Positions 1-8,277 are shown, counted from the first letter of the stretch. The stretch: 51,507 bases of DNA from a virus (IMGVR_UViG_3300037424_000314:1-51507); one strand, 5' to 3'. Notes: generated by a model not told the origin, from the letters alone. Program-made: numbers and translations.

Positions 1-127
1 CGGGGCGTTGGATGGTCTTCGCCCCGTGCTGATCACTCCAGATTCCGTATGCCGACGCCCGACCGGTGAACAGCTCACTAAATCTCACCAGTTGGTTCGG
101 GGTCGTCATCAGCGTGTACCTTGAGTG
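1..127. repeat. Left copy of an exact 127-bp terminal direct repeat (identical to 51381..51507); the contig closes on itself
   Basis: Read directly: bases 1-127 (cggggcgttggatgg...gtgtaccttgagtg) recur verbatim at 51381-51507. The repeat lies inside coding sequence: the 5' end of the primase-like gene (ATG equivalent at position 109) and the 3' end of gene 78..866. It therefore behaves like an assembly overlap of a circular or permuted genome, not a non-coding physical end. Confidence 0.9.
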
Positions 128-866
128 CCTCGCGGTTCATGGATTCATAAAATGAGGTAACCTGCTTAAACATCTGGTCGTCCAACCAGCCCTTCGATTC
201 CAACTTGTAGTTGAAGAACTGCTGACCAGCACCGACGTCATCAATCGGGGTTACGTGAACCATCGCGGCATACAAGGGTGCATTGCGCATCCTCACCATG
301 GTGTTGAAGTTTCGAGCCACCTTTGTGCTGGCGCTCTTAAAGCTCATGGCAATCAGCTCCGAGGTCAGCTTACCGTCTCGAACAATCAAGGACGGGTAGC
401 TGTAGATAAGGTAGCAGGCGGGAGGTTCATCTTCCTGAAACTGTGAGTGTGGGCAAGCGGCGCAGGTCTCACACAACCTGCCACCGTCAATCGCGTTGAA
501 CGACTGACACTCGATGCCGCCGCCCTCTGCGATTGGTTTGAATTTGATGCGGGTCTTAATCATGTACAACGGGATGAGATCAATCTCATCGTCATAGATC
601 TCACCTGAAAGCGTGTTGAACAACTGACCCTCAAGCAGGTCTTGGATATACTTGGGATCCTGACGCTTTCGTTGTGGGCTGTTGGATTGGCAGATGGACA
701 GACGTGGTACTGTAAAGTCCTGATTGTCTGCCTCCTCTAATCCTGTTGAACCTGCCGGAATGTAGGATGGTCTCGATACTAACGCCCCACTCTTCTGGTC
801 CACCAAAGCCTTAGACGGCTTAGGTGCTTCTTTCTTCTTGGGATCTTCCTTTACTGCCTTTGCCAT
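78..866 (-). CDS. Hypothetical early protein with a Lys-rich N-terminus, a central Cys cluster and an acidic C-terminal tail; possible DNA-binding or recombination accessory protein, family not recognised
   Basis: 262-aa ORF. The ATG at 866 is preceded by AAGGAGAG. Internal cluster CQSF-x9-CETCAACPH. The C-terminus (HADDDPEPTGEI) is acidic, as in many phage SSB-type proteins. The stop lies 32 nt inside the primase-like gene across the circular junction. Confidence 0.6.
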   Translation of the reverse strand: MAKAVKEDPKKKEAPKPSKALVDQKSGALVSRPSYIPAGSTGLEEADNQDFTVPRLSICQSNSPQRKRQDPKYIQDLLEGQLFNTLSGEIYDDEIDLIPLYMIKTRIKFKPIAEGGGIECQSFNAIDGGRLCETCAACPHSQFQEDEPPACYLIYSYPSLIVRDGKLTSELIAMSFKSASTKVARNFNTMVRMRNAPLYAAMVHVTPIDDVGAGQQFFNYKLESKGWLDDQMFKQVTSFYESMNREALKVHADDDPEPTGEI

Positions 867-875
867 GGTCTCTCC

Positions 876-1028
876 TTATCTCATAGGACTTTCGCCTTCA
901 CGTAGAACCCACTTCAATGCGTCTACCACCCCCTTTACATAGTTCGCATCACGCTGCATTTCTTTATGATGAGCATAGACCTTCTCCCCAGCGTCACACA
1001 TCTTGACGATCTCCTCCTGCCGCCGCAT
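876..1028 (-). CDS. Small hypothetical protein (about 50 aa; the ORF could extend to the ATG at 1085)
   Basis: ORF-track entry 876..1085. The internal ATG at 1028 avoids overlap with the upstream Zn-ribbon micro-gene. Neither start has a clear SD. The sequence looks protein-like (MRRQEEIVKMCDAGEKVYAHHKEMQRDANYVKGVVDALKWVL). Confidence 0.4.
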   Translation of the reverse strand: MRRQEEIVKMCDAGEKVYAHHKEMQRDANYVKGVVDALKWVLREGESPMR

Positions 1029-1047
1029 GGGAGGCACTGCATTCTTG

Positions 1048-1200
1048 TCAATCCTTTTCGATGAGGGTCCCTTTCTTGCGAGCATTGTTTACACACGTGT
1101 CACAGAGTGCAAACCCCATGACTTCTCCTTTCAGGAGTACCGACTTAAGGATCTCCTGATCTTTGGTCTTGCACTTTTGACATCCACCATGTTTTGGCAT
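1048..1200 (-). CDS. 50-aa zinc-ribbon-like micro-protein (below the ORF-track size cut-off)
   Basis: Hand translation of the minus strand from the ATG at 1200 gives MPKHGGCQKCKTKDQEILKSVLLKGEVMGFALCDTCVNNARKKGTLIEKD, stop at 1048-1050. It has two CxxC pairs. A strong SD (GGGAGGT) lies 4 nt upstream. It starts 1 nt after the stop of gene 1202..1693. Confidence 0.6.
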   Translation of the reverse strand: MPKHGGCQKCKTKDQEILKSVLLKGEVMGFALCDTCVNNARKKGTLIEKD

Positions 1201-1201
1201 G

Positions 1202-1693
1202 TTACCTCCCGCCACGTCTGAAAGTGATCCGTGACTTCATGTATGCCTCCACCCCATCAGGCAAAGGCCTCGCCTCTTCAAGAAGTTCTTTGCACATGGC
1301 CTTAAGGGTGGAATGATGCATGGTCAATGCGTCGTGGAATCCATTGGCCTCAATCCATTCCATGAACGCCGGCTTGTTTGCCACGGTGGGATAACACGAA
1401 CCTCGTAAGGAGAGGTGGTGCCCTGCGGCGGTCTTAAGGGCGGTCAGGTCAGAGGACTCCATGAGATCAACTAGGTTATCCTCAATGGAACCCAGGCGTT
1501 CGTTGACATCCTTTAACTGCTTTTCAAGATCTTCCTTCTTGATACGTTCTACTGAAAACCTCTCGGCGAGTTGGGCAATGGTGACTGGTTTAGGTCCCGT
1601 CATGATTTTTGACGAGGTCAAAGAACTCGGCTGCTGGGTCTCTGTACCCTTGCCGCCTTGAGGCGCTTTTTGTTTCGCGCTGTTCATAGGCAT
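1202..1693 (-). CDS. Hypothetical coiled-coil protein; alternative start at 1603 gives 133 aa
   Basis: 163-aa ORF with a predicted coiled-coil segment (IKKEDLEKQLKDVNERLGSIEDNLVDLM). The first ~30 codons overlap the 3' end of ORF 1590..1910 in another frame, so the ATG at 1603 (MTGPKPV...) is an equally plausible start. Confidence 0.55.
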   Translation of the reverse strand: MPMNSAKQKAPQGGKGTETQQPSSLTSSKIMTGPKPVTIAQLAERFSVERIKKEDLEKQLKDVNERLGSIEDNLVDLMESSDLTALKTAAGHHLSLRGSCYPTVANKPAFMEWIEANGFHDALTMHHSTLKAMCKELLEEARPLPDGVEAYMKSRITFRRGGR

Positions 1694-1910
1694 CTTTCTG
1701 TTTCCTTTCCCTTATTAGATGGAACACGTCATACATCCATGGCTTTTTACTTGCCATCATGAAGAACTTTTGCAAATTCGAGCTCAGTTCAAGCTCTGTA
1801 AGCTCAGACATCGTTTCCATGGCTGCCGCCAGTTGGCCTTCTTTATCTTTACCAGGAGCAAGCGCTCTCCCTAGCGCCTTATAGAAATTGTGCCTCATGA
1901 CGACCTTCAT
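1590..1910 (-). CDS. Hypothetical protein (106 aa)
   Basis: The ATG at 1910 is preceded by a strong SD (AAGGAGGT). It is the first ORF downstream of the predicted promoter at 2115-2143. Its 3' end overlaps the next ORF. Confidence 0.55.
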   Translation of the reverse strand: MKVVMRHNFYKALGRALAPGKDKEGQLAAAMETMSELTELELSSNLQKFFMMASKKPWMYDVFHLIRERKQKDAYEQRETKSASRRQGYRDPAAEFFDLVKNHDGT

Positions 1911-2114
1911 GCTACCTCCTTATGACGACCCGCCACCCTGCTGAACGCGATGACGGGCCGAGTTCGTGCATCCTTGCAATTGTACCCCTACATAGTTCCC
2001 AGCCTCACACCTCCTTTCATTAAGATCTCCACAGTATTGTGGCATAGTGTTAAGCTGAAACTAGGCAGGGGTCTAGCCACCCGCATCTCCATTACTTGGC
2101 CGTGGAGTAAACAG

Positions 2115-2143
2115 ATCATATCACGGTGAAACGTTACTGTAAA
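2115..2143 (-). promoter_or_regulatory. Sigma70-like promoter, TTTACA-N17-TATGAT (minus strand)
   Basis: The reverse complement of 2138-2143 is TTTACA and of 2115-2120 is TATGAT, with an exact 17-nt spacer. It overlaps the stop of the SNF2 gene and precedes a ~200-nt untranslated stretch before the ATG at 1910. Confidence 0.55.
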
Positions 2144-3648
2144 TCAGAGGCGTCAAATAAATCCTTACTTCGTAACGCTGCTGTCTTTTCCTCTTGTAAG
2201 ACCTTCAACCATTCTCCCCTGGTCCAGTTGGCAAGCTCGGTCTTTCTTTTCAAGGCTTTTAGTACCGCGCGGTCCACGGTTGGTTCACCCTTTGGCCCCG
2301 TCGCGATCGAGTCTACCACTGAGATGCTCTCGGCGGTCTGGCCCATGCGGTCAATCCGACCAATGGCCTGTATCCTCATCAACAGAGAATACGCACGGGA
2401 GAGAAACAACATGTTCGAGGCACGCTGCATGTTGAGGCCCATCCCACCAGCCGCAAGCTGCGAGACGAGGATGGCGTTCTCGTCATTGTTAAAGGCATGA
2501 AGAACCTTTTCTCTATTCGGTTGTGACATCCCACCGATCAACATGCCGACTGAGCGATACCCCCATACCTTTTGATTTGACCTCTTGACAATCTCATCTC
2601 TAATGGCTGTCGCCACCCGAGCGGTCTCAACCCTAAACCAGGTCCAGATGATGAGCCGGCCCTCTTGTCGCTCCGCAATATAGTTGAGCGCATCGTTGAT
2701 TTTCTCACTACCTACTACATTCTCCTCAACCTGACCGGCCGTGATCTCCATCAATCGAACAAGCTTAACACCAGCATTAGAGGCGGTGAGAATCTTCTGG
2801 TCTCCAGGCCCCTCACTGAGGATTGCGATGAGCTCGTCACGCATGTCTACATATACATTCCACGTCGTTTTCTCCAGGGGGACGAATCGTGGCGTTAAGG
2901 TGACAGGCGGGAGATCTAAGGCCTCTTTTTTTCTGCGTTGGAAATAGAACGGTCTGATCTTTTTGTATAGCTCAACCTGTGTCTCTTTCGCAAGTCCCAC
3001 CACCTGCTTACCCATGTACCCACCCATCTTACAATAACGTAGGCGAAAGACCCAACGACTGCAATCAATGATGTTGTAGTCAAGCACCAGAAATTGGGAG
3101 TACAGATCTTCAGGCGTGTTAGCGATCGGGGTCCCATTGAGGATGTACCTCCGCTTAAAGTATCGGGCCAGCTTGATGCAGGCCTTTGTGCGGGCGGCGC
3201 GCATCGCCTTGATGTATGAGCTCTCATCCATGACGATCATGGCATGCTCTTCCCTCGCCCATCTAATCAAACTAGCATGATGCCCTTCACTCCGAAGAAT
3301 GTCGTACGAGACGATGACCCATTGCCAATTCTTGTGCCACAGCTTGTGGTAAGAGTATGAGTCAAAGATGAACACTTGCTTCGGGTCAATGCCCCACGTG
3401 GCCAGCTCTCCAAACTCAGGGTCTGCCCACGCAAAACGGACGGGGGCCGGGCAAACCACCATAATGCGGGTTATCTCACCCATCTTCAAAAACTCTTTAG
3501 CCGCCTCAATGCAGACCCTAGTCTTACCCATCCCAGGCTCATCAAAAAGCGCAAAGTACTCATGAGCAAGAAATGCCTTGAGACCGGTCCGTTGGGTGGC
3601 GATGAGGGGCCTTACCTTTCCTGGTCGTGACATAAGATCGGTCGCCAA
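2134..3648 (-). CDS. SNF2/Rad54-family (SF2) DNA-dependent ATPase/helicase
   Basis: 504 aa. Motif I FDEPGMGKT, motif II VMDESSYIK, motif III LNGTPIAN, motif V LVSQLAAGGMGLNMQ, motif VI QAIGRIDRMGQT. Confidence 0.9.
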   Translation of the reverse strand: MATDLMSRPGKVRPLIATQRTGLKAFLAHEYFALFDEPGMGKTRVCIEAAKEFLKMGEITRIMVVCPAPVRFAWADPEFGELATWGIDPKQVFIFDSYSYHKLWHKNWQWVIVSYDILRSEGHHASLIRWAREEHAMIVMDESSYIKAMRAARTKACIKLARYFKRRYILNGTPIANTPEDLYSQFLVLDYNIIDCSRWVFRLRYCKMGGYMGKQVVGLAKETQVELYKKIRPFYFQRRKKEALDLPPVTLTPRFVPLEKTTWNVYVDMRDELIAILSEGPGDQKILTASNAGVKLVRLMEITAGQVEENVVGSEKINDALNYIAERQEGRLIIWTWFRVETARVATAIRDEIVKRSNQKVWGYRSVGMLIGGMSQPNREKVLHAFNNDENAILVSQLAAGGMGLNMQRASNMLFLSRAYSLLMRIQAIGRIDRMGQTAESISVVDSIATGPKGEPTVDRAVLKALKRKTELANWTRGEWLKVLQEEKTAALRSKDLFDASDLQ

Positions 3649-3983
3649 TTTCGGTCTCCTTTCAAGATTTGTTGAACCGCGGTCGTAAAGACCTTAGCAG
3701 GGGTCAGCTCCCCGCATAGGTCATCAACAAAGGTAGTGCCACTGACGAGGGTCTTGTTGAATGGCCCACCAAAGATCTGGCTGGTCAGTTGAATCTGGAT
3801 CTCCCATCGTTGGGAGTCCTTGTAGACGGCAGAGATCAACTTAAACCCTACCTTCACATCTTGGTACATGGTCAAGCCTCCTTTACTCACAGAACACCTC
3901 GATCTGGCCGTAGTTTTCACCACGGCAGAGTCCGCCTGGTCGTCGAGGACGAACCCACCCTTGTCCGTTGCCGGGACGCTCAT
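3612..3983 (-). CDS. Hypothetical protein (123 aa; the internal ATG at 3869 also has a strong SD)
   Basis: The ATG at 3983 is preceded by AAAGGAGAGG. The internal ATG at 3869 is preceded by AAGGAGG. The 3' end overlaps the SNF2 gene start by 37 nt. Confidence 0.55.
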   Translation of the reverse strand: MSVPATDKGGFVLDDQADSAVVKTTARSRCSVSKGGLTMYQDVKVGFKLISAVYKDSQRWEIQIQLTSQIFGGPFNKTLVSGTTFVDDLCGELTPAKVFTTAVQQILKGDRNWRPILCHDQER

Positions 3984-4002
3984 GTTCCTCTCCTTTAAGT
4001 TC

Positions 4003-4036
4003 GAGGGGCGGTAACCATGGCAGGAAGCCGCCCCTC
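4003..4036 (-). terminator. GC-rich hairpin between the DUF932 gene and the next gene (no U-tract)
   Basis: GAGGGGCGG (4003-4011) pairs with CCGCCCCTC (4028-4036), giving a 9-bp perfect stem and a 16-nt loop. No T-run follows on either strand, so it may act as an attenuator or RNA-stability element rather than a canonical intrinsic terminator. Confidence 0.35.
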
Positions 4037-4061
4037 AGGTCGGTGATGCGTTATGTTTGGT

Positions 4062-5243
4062 CTAGAAATTGACCATCATCAGCCGACCAACCGCGGTCTC
4101 AAGCTTCGTGCGCTCATCAGCGTACGGCGACTCCTGACTCAGTCGCGTGAGACCATTAACCATCCCCCACGGGGTATTGGGGGCACCGTCCACATCCTGA
4201 TGCTGCGTCTGCGTTAGCAGGTAAGCGTTCTCCAACTGCTTGCGGGTGATACCGAACCTGAACGAATAGACCTTGTCGCACACCTCTTCAAGGTCATCTC
4301 CGAGCTTGTAGGTCTGTAATCGCTTGATCTTGTCAGTGTCCTCCTTCGAGGAACGATCAAGCCAACCCTGTAACTCCCTGGACATCGCCTCCCACGCAAG
4401 TTGAAAGGACACGTTCACGTGGATGATCCGAAAGGTGGCCACGTTCTCCGCGCCCCAGACGATGTGGTTGCCGCACACGTACCGGTAGAGGAACCGCCAC
4501 ACCTTGAAGGCGTACCCAGGCACTTCGTAGTTGGAGATGAAGATCCCCCGCGCGAGTCCAGCGTCCGTCCCGTCCGAGATGCGATGTTCCTCATTCACGA
4601 GGAACGCGAACATGTCATGGTCCGAGGCGTAGAGACCCGCCGGGGAAATGTGGTCCCCCACCTTGATGGACAACATGCTGTCCTTCAACTTCAAGACGTC
4701 TTGTTTGGTGGCCACACGTGTTGGCCCACCGTGCATCGACGGACGCGCCGGCGGCACCCGCCAACCGCTGTCGTGTCGACAGACCTGCATGAGCTGCTCA
4801 ACGATCTGATAGTTCCAGATCCTGGTATAGGTCGGGGTGTTGAAGAACCGGAATTTCTCATGCCCGTTGTTCTTCAGGCCGATGACGGTCACCGGGTTGC
4901 TGGACCGATGCTCAGAGAGGTGATGGTTGAGCACGTCGCTGGTCAACGTGGGCGGCAGACCGCCAAGGTATTGGGCAGGCGCCCCGAGCTCTCCGCACAG
5001 CTGCCTGAACCCCCAATTCGTCATGCTCTGTACCCTATCATGGGTCTTCACAAACAGCTCACCGCTGGTGTCCGCCGTCAGATGCAGGTCCCTCAACGGC
5101 ATCGTCTGCTCAGTGCGGTTCTTGTAGTACTCAAAACATTGGTCGTACATCTCCTGCAGTGTCCAGAACCGCTCATCCGCCGGTCGTGTCGCCCACTGGT
5201 TTGACGCGGCGTACAGGTTTCTGCTCTTCGTGATCGTTGCCAT
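4062..5243 (-). CDS. DUF932-family protein (phage/plasmid-associated, function unknown)
   Basis: 393 aa from the ATG at 5243 (SD AAGGAGAT). The N-terminal signature NQWATRPADERFWTLQEM...NWGFRQLCGELGAPAQYLGGLP is typical of the DUF932 / TIGR03299-type family as I recall it. Confidence 0.75.
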   Translation of the reverse strand: MATITKSRNLYAASNQWATRPADERFWTLQEMYDQCFEYYKNRTEQTMPLRDLHLTADTSGELFVKTHDRVQSMTNWGFRQLCGELGAPAQYLGGLPPTLTSDVLNHHLSEHRSSNPVTVIGLKNNGHEKFRFFNTPTYTRIWNYQIVEQLMQVCRHDSGWRVPPARPSMHGGPTRVATKQDVLKLKDSMLSIKVGDHISPAGLYASDHDMFAFLVNEEHRISDGTDAGLARGIFISNYEVPGYAFKVWRFLYRYVCGNHIVWGAENVATFRIIHVNVSFQLAWEAMSRELQGWLDRSSKEDTDKIKRLQTYKLGDDLEEVCDKVYSFRFGITRKQLENAYLLTQTQHQDVDGAPNTPWGMVNGLTRLSQESPYADERTKLETAVGRLMMVNF

Positions 5244-5370
5244 GGTTCTTATCTCCTTTGATTGAACACTCACCACACCGATATTGGTCTGGTGCCACAC
5301 GATACAACGTCTTGAACTGTTGACAGCCGCAGCAGTAGCCGCTCAAACAGACAGGTTGCTGGACTCTCAT
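5173..5370 (-). CDS. Small Cys-rich protein (65 aa)
   Basis: The ATG at 5370 is preceded by AAAGGAGATAAC. Cys pattern CLSGYCCGCQQ...CGEC. The 3' part overlaps the DUF932 gene start by ~70 nt. Confidence 0.5.
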   Translation of the reverse strand: MRVQQPVCLSGYCCGCQQFKTLYRVAPDQYRCGECSIKGDKNHGNDHEEQKPVRRVKPVGDTTGG

Positions 5371-5393
5371 GTTATCTCCTTTATAGTTGTGTA

Positions 5394-5585
5394 CTACATC
5401 TTCTTCGCGATTGCCTTGTAACTTGCAAAGTTACTTGCGATCTCTTTGGCTTTTTCTTCAGACACCTTATCAATCTGAATCACCCTGGTCGTCTCTCCGT
5501 ACCGGTGTCCTTGTACGGACATGCACTTAATGCAATTGCCCGAATTGCAGCAGTTGCGTTCAACATACCAATTCTTAGTAGCCAT
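5394..5585 (-). CDS. Small Cys-rich protein (63 aa)
   Basis: The ATG at 5585 is preceded by AAGGAGG. Sequence MATKNWYVERNCCNSGNCIKCMSVQGH... Confidence 0.6.
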   Translation of the reverse strand: MATKNWYVERNCCNSGNCIKCMSVQGHRYGETTRVIQIDKVSEEKAKEIASNFASYKAIAKKM

Positions 5586-5692
5586 GGTTGGCCTCCTTGT
5601 AATTTAGGTATCCAAGGTTTGATGCAGGTGCAAAGTGCTAGCAATTTACCACAAAGCATGCATCTCATTTTTGGGTACCGTTTCATGAGGTA

Positions 5693-5722
5693 ATAGTATC
5701 AAAACCTGACGTTTGATGTACA
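5693..5722 (-). promoter_or_regulatory. Candidate promoter TGTACA-N18-TACTAT (minus strand)
   Basis: TGTACA at 5717-5722 and the reverse complement of 5693-5698 (TACTAT), with an 18-nt spacer. This is the same TGTACA-N18 architecture as the promoter at 9602-9631. It lies in the 157-nt gap between genes 5743..6018 and 5394..5585. Confidence 0.4.
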
Positions 5723-5742
5723 CCCGCGAGGACAACATTGTC

Positions 5743-6018
5743 CTACCGCGGCAACCACTGGTCGTCACCCTGCTTCTTGGGTTCTCCTCCTTTTGCCAGT
5801 CTATAGCACTCAGCACATACCTCCTCCGTTAAGAGGCGCCAGCCGGCGTTCTTATCAGTCCATTGGCCGCACACTGGACAGCGCCATCTACCCTCCTTAG
5901 GCTCAAAGGCAGTCACGACCTCCTTATTCATCTCGTCAGCAGTAAGATGCTGAACATGTACTGGGCAGTCTGCGTGTCGTTCGACTATTCGTATCTCAAG
6001 CTTGCATAAGCACTTCAT
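5743..6018 (-). CDS. Zinc-ribbon protein (91 aa)
   Basis: The ATG at 6018 has SD GAGGAGG upstream and an ATGA overlap with the preceding gene. Motifs CPVH...CPVCGQW...CAEC. Confidence 0.6.
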   Translation of the reverse strand: MKCLCKLEIRIVERHADCPVHVQHLTADEMNKEVVTAFEPKEGRWRCPVCGQWTDKNAGWRLLTEEVCAECYRLAKGGEPKKQGDDQWLPR

Positions 6019-6260
6019 AGTGGTTTGATGCCTCCTCGACAAAGACGGACTGACCGAGTGATCAGCGTCAGCGGCGTCGTGCATGGCTTAACCGGATAAT
6101 TAAGCCAGATATGTTGAAAGTCCTCGGTCCTACAGATCAGATGACGAAGGGTCTGAAGGTCACTCATAAGTTGTCGCTTCTCCTGTTTCGTCACGGTCTC
6201 TCCTTTAACAGTTAAACCACCTTGGCACGCGGTGGAAGTCTTGTTCGGTAGCGAGCTCAT
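6015..6260 (-). CDS. Hypothetical protein (81 aa)
   Basis: The ATG at 6260 is preceded by GAGGTGG. The stop overlaps the next start (ATGA at 6015-6018). The 5' end overlaps the previous ORF by 56 nt, so the true start may be the internal ATG at 6167. Confidence 0.45.
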   Translation of the reverse strand: MSSLPNKTSTACQGGLTVKGETVTKQEKRQLMSDLQTLRHLICRTEDFQHIWLNYPVKPCTTPLTLITRSVRLCRGGIKPL

Positions 6261-6435
6261 CCAACCACCTCAACAAGCTAAAGAACCGAATGATGCGTCC
6301 TTCTTGGAGGGCGCGCTGACCCTCCTCAAATGTGATCGCCCTGATGGACTCATCAAGTATCTGAACCTTGGTGGCCAACTGAGCGCTTAACTCCTGATGG
6401 TCCACCAGACCTAGCAAGTAAACCTGCACTGACAT
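6205..6435 (-). CDS. Hypothetical protein (76 aa)
   Basis: The ATG at 6435 is preceded by GGGAGG with 5-nt spacing (MSVQVYLLGLVDHQELSAQL...). Confidence 0.5.
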   Translation of the reverse strand: MSVQVYLLGLVDHQELSAQLATKVQILDESIRAITFEEGQRALQEGRIIRFFSLLRWLDELATEQDFHRVPRWFNC

Positions 6436-6763
6436 GTAGCCTCCCTGCGTAGTAGCGCGACAGGACCTCCCTGACAATGACGTACAGCTCAATCACGTGG
6501 TTTCTTACCTCCTCCTTTGTTGACCTCATCACATGGTTCTTATTTTTCTCTCGTAGCTTTCGATCCTCGATGTCCTCCATCATTACCTCATACCACTTAT
6601 CGAAGTGCATATCAAGTTCTTCACCGGACATGAGCTCAGCCGCGAGTCGCAGGTTAAGAAGATTCTTGGTTGGTTTCTCCCATAGCTCCTTCCATGCCTT
6701 CATCGCCCTTGGCGAGATGCTGTCCAAGAGATTCTGGCATCTGATGATATTGATCGGTTTCAT
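6353..6763 (-). CDS. Hypothetical protein (136 aa)
   Basis: The ATG at 6763 is preceded by a strong SD (TAGGAGGTG). The N-terminal 100 aa look protein-like. The C-terminal ~27 codons overlap the next gene. Confidence 0.6.
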   Translation of the reverse strand: MKPINIIRCQNLLDSISPRAMKAWKELWEKPTKNLLNLRLAAELMSGEELDMHFDKWYEVMMEDIEDRKLREKNKNHVMRSTKEEVRNHVIELYVIVREVLSRYYAGRLHVSAGLLARSGGPSGVKRSVGHQGSDT

Positions 6764-6773
6764 GGGTCACCTC

Positions 6774-7541
6774 CTATTTCTCCTTGACTTGCAAGCGTAG
6801 GGTCTCCATCGCCGTGTTGATCACGCACACACCACACTCAGCGCCAGCCGCCGCTGAGTTCATCTGAGGTACCTGATGGTGTTGAGTGCATCGAATGCGC
6901 AGGATGTCTTCCTCAGCTGGATGCACCTCATTCCATGCCTTGATCAGCCGCCTGCTGGCCTCCTGCACTTGAGGATCTAAGAAGATCCTTAGGTCCAACT
7001 CACGATAGATCTGATATGAGAGGTCATACACCTCATCCTTGAACTCTTTAGTTACTGGAGCCTGCCCCAGGCCGTAGGCAGGCTTGTCGAACTTCTGCTC
7101 AACATGCTCGAGGGCCTCCTCATACTCCTTAATGATCGTGGGTCCATTGTACTTACCAACGTAGTAATCGTACAGGTCCCAGACACCTTGGTATATGGGA
7201 TGTCGGTTCATCATCTTGATGGCGGCGACCAAGCGAATGAGTAGTATCACACACTTGTCGCTGAATGCCTTGTCTCGATCTGCAGGTTGTTTCTCCCTCA
7301 TCTGACCCTCCTTGTCCAGTACTTGTACAGCCTCATCACGACATCCGCGACCAGCAACCACAGCAGTATCTCTAAGATGAACATCGGCTTTCTCCTTATG
7401 GTACTTCTGAGCAGTGATTAGATAGGCCCTACTCCAGGCCCCATCCTCTGAGGATGGTGAGCGATCGGCCCACTGGCCGTAGGCTATCAAATTTGCATAG
7501 CACTTGATCACCTCCTCGATAAAGTCATCAATGGTCTTCAC
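6774..7541 (-). CDS. Hypothetical protein (255 aa)
   Basis: Long ORF with a GTG start at 7541 overlapping the upstream stop (GTGA), preceded by GGGGGGTG. No family recognised. Confidence 0.65.
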   Translation of the reverse strand: MKTIDDFIEEVIKCYANLIAYGQWADRSPSSEDGAWSRAYLITAQKYHKEKADVHLRDTAVVAGRGCRDEAVQVLDKEGQMREKQPADRDKAFSDKCVILLIRLVAAIKMMNRHPIYQGVWDLYDYYVGKYNGPTIIKEYEEALEHVEQKFDKPAYGLGQAPVTKEFKDEVYDLSYQIYRELDLRIFLDPQVQEASRRLIKAWNEVHPAEEDILRIRCTQHHQVPQMNSAAAGAECGVCVINTAMETLRLQVKEK

Positions 7542-7981
7542 GATGCACCCCCCATGTCCATCACTGATGGGCCAGTCAGACCGATCGTCTTGATCTTCTT
7601 ATTTAGAAGCGCCCTTGGCTTAGGCGGTACGCGTACGATGTTGTCAGACGCCCGCAGGTGCACATCCATGCAGTACTTCTCTACCTCATAACGAGTCTCC
7701 TTACCCCAATTGGCGACCACGCTTGGTGGGACCTTTAATGAGATCATCGCCAACAGGTCCACCAGCACATTCACGCTGATGGGCCTAGCTGAGCAGATAC
7801 AATCCCACAGCTGCATCGCACGTTTCTGCGTGACCCATTGCTTGGCGCAGATGACCCAGTCATCGTTGATCGGGTACAGTCTGGTGAACCCACGGGTGAT
7901 CAAGCAATTGATCTTTACCCAGTCTGGTCTTGTGGAGTCATGCACACCGACGGGTTCTACCACGATTATCTCGCGTTTCAT
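7538..7981 (-). CDS. Hypothetical protein (147 aa)
   Basis: The ATG at 7981 overlaps the upstream stop (ATGA). No family recognised. Confidence 0.65.
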   Translation of the reverse strand: MKREIIVVEPVGVHDSTRPDWVKINCLITRGFTRLYPINDDWVICAKQWVTQKRAMQLWDCICSARPISVNVLVDLLAMISLKVPPSVVANWGKETRYEVEKYCMDVHLRASDNIVRVPPKPRALLNKKIKTIGLTGPSVMDMGGAS

Positions 7982-8277
7982 ATGCCGTCCCTCCTACAGG
8001 TCAATTTGTCCAGCAGGAGATTCGCCACCTGCGCGACGCAGATGCAGACCGTCTTCTCCTGAACGGTGTACACCCGATCATAGTTCGTCACGTTGCCGAT
8101 GAACGTGCTTGCACAGATCTCACACAGCTCCTTCGCGACCTGCCTCATGGTGGCATCCGACGCGTTTATCTTAAAGTCGGCGAGCGGCGCCACGCTCCCA
8201 CAGGACTGACACTCGTGCGGGACAGGGATGCTGTCTCCCATGTGCTTCTCCTCGATGAATCGATAGGTGTAGTTCAT
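7978..8277 (-). CDS. Hypothetical Cys-containing protein (99 aa)
   Basis: The ATG at 8277 overlaps the upstream stop (ATGA). Contains HECQSCGS and CEIC motifs. Confidence 0.6.
   Translation of the reverse strand: MNYTYRFIEEKHMGDSIPVPHECQSCGSVAPLADFKINASDATMRQVAKELCEICASTFIGNVTNYDRVYTVQEKTVCICVAQVANLLLDKLTCRRDGI

Noticed and set aside
1-127. Interpreting the 127-bp end duplication as a genuine T7-like direct terminal repeat
   Set aside because: It lies entirely within two overlapping protein-coding genes, and joining the ends restores both genes seamlessly. An assembly overlap of a circular or permuted genome is the simpler explanation. This remains testable with read-terminus analysis.
1911-2114. 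SD-like AAAGGAGGTG in the 5' untranslated stretch upstream of gene 1590..1910, as a hidden micro-gene
   Set aside because: The only start codons following it run into a stop within a few codons (ATG-TAG). It is more likely a fortuitous purine tract or part of a leader structure.
4401-5204. 267-aa ORF on the + strand, antisense to the DUF932 gene
   Set aside because: Its composition is Arg/Pro/Val/His-rich, typical of the reverse complement of a real gene. It has no SD and lies wholly inside a well-supported minus-strand CDS. The same reasoning applies to other long shadow ORFs, such as 7930..8490, 26176..26643, 27136..27825, 29246..29695 and 35296..35775.
5480-5686. 68-aa ORF overlapping gene 5394..5585; its ATG sits about 7 nt downstream of the candidate -10 at 5693-5698, so it could be leaderless
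   Set aside because: It has no SD, and its distal two-thirds overlaps a gene with a strong SD in another frame and reads like off-frame sequence. The leaderless idea is noted but unsupported.
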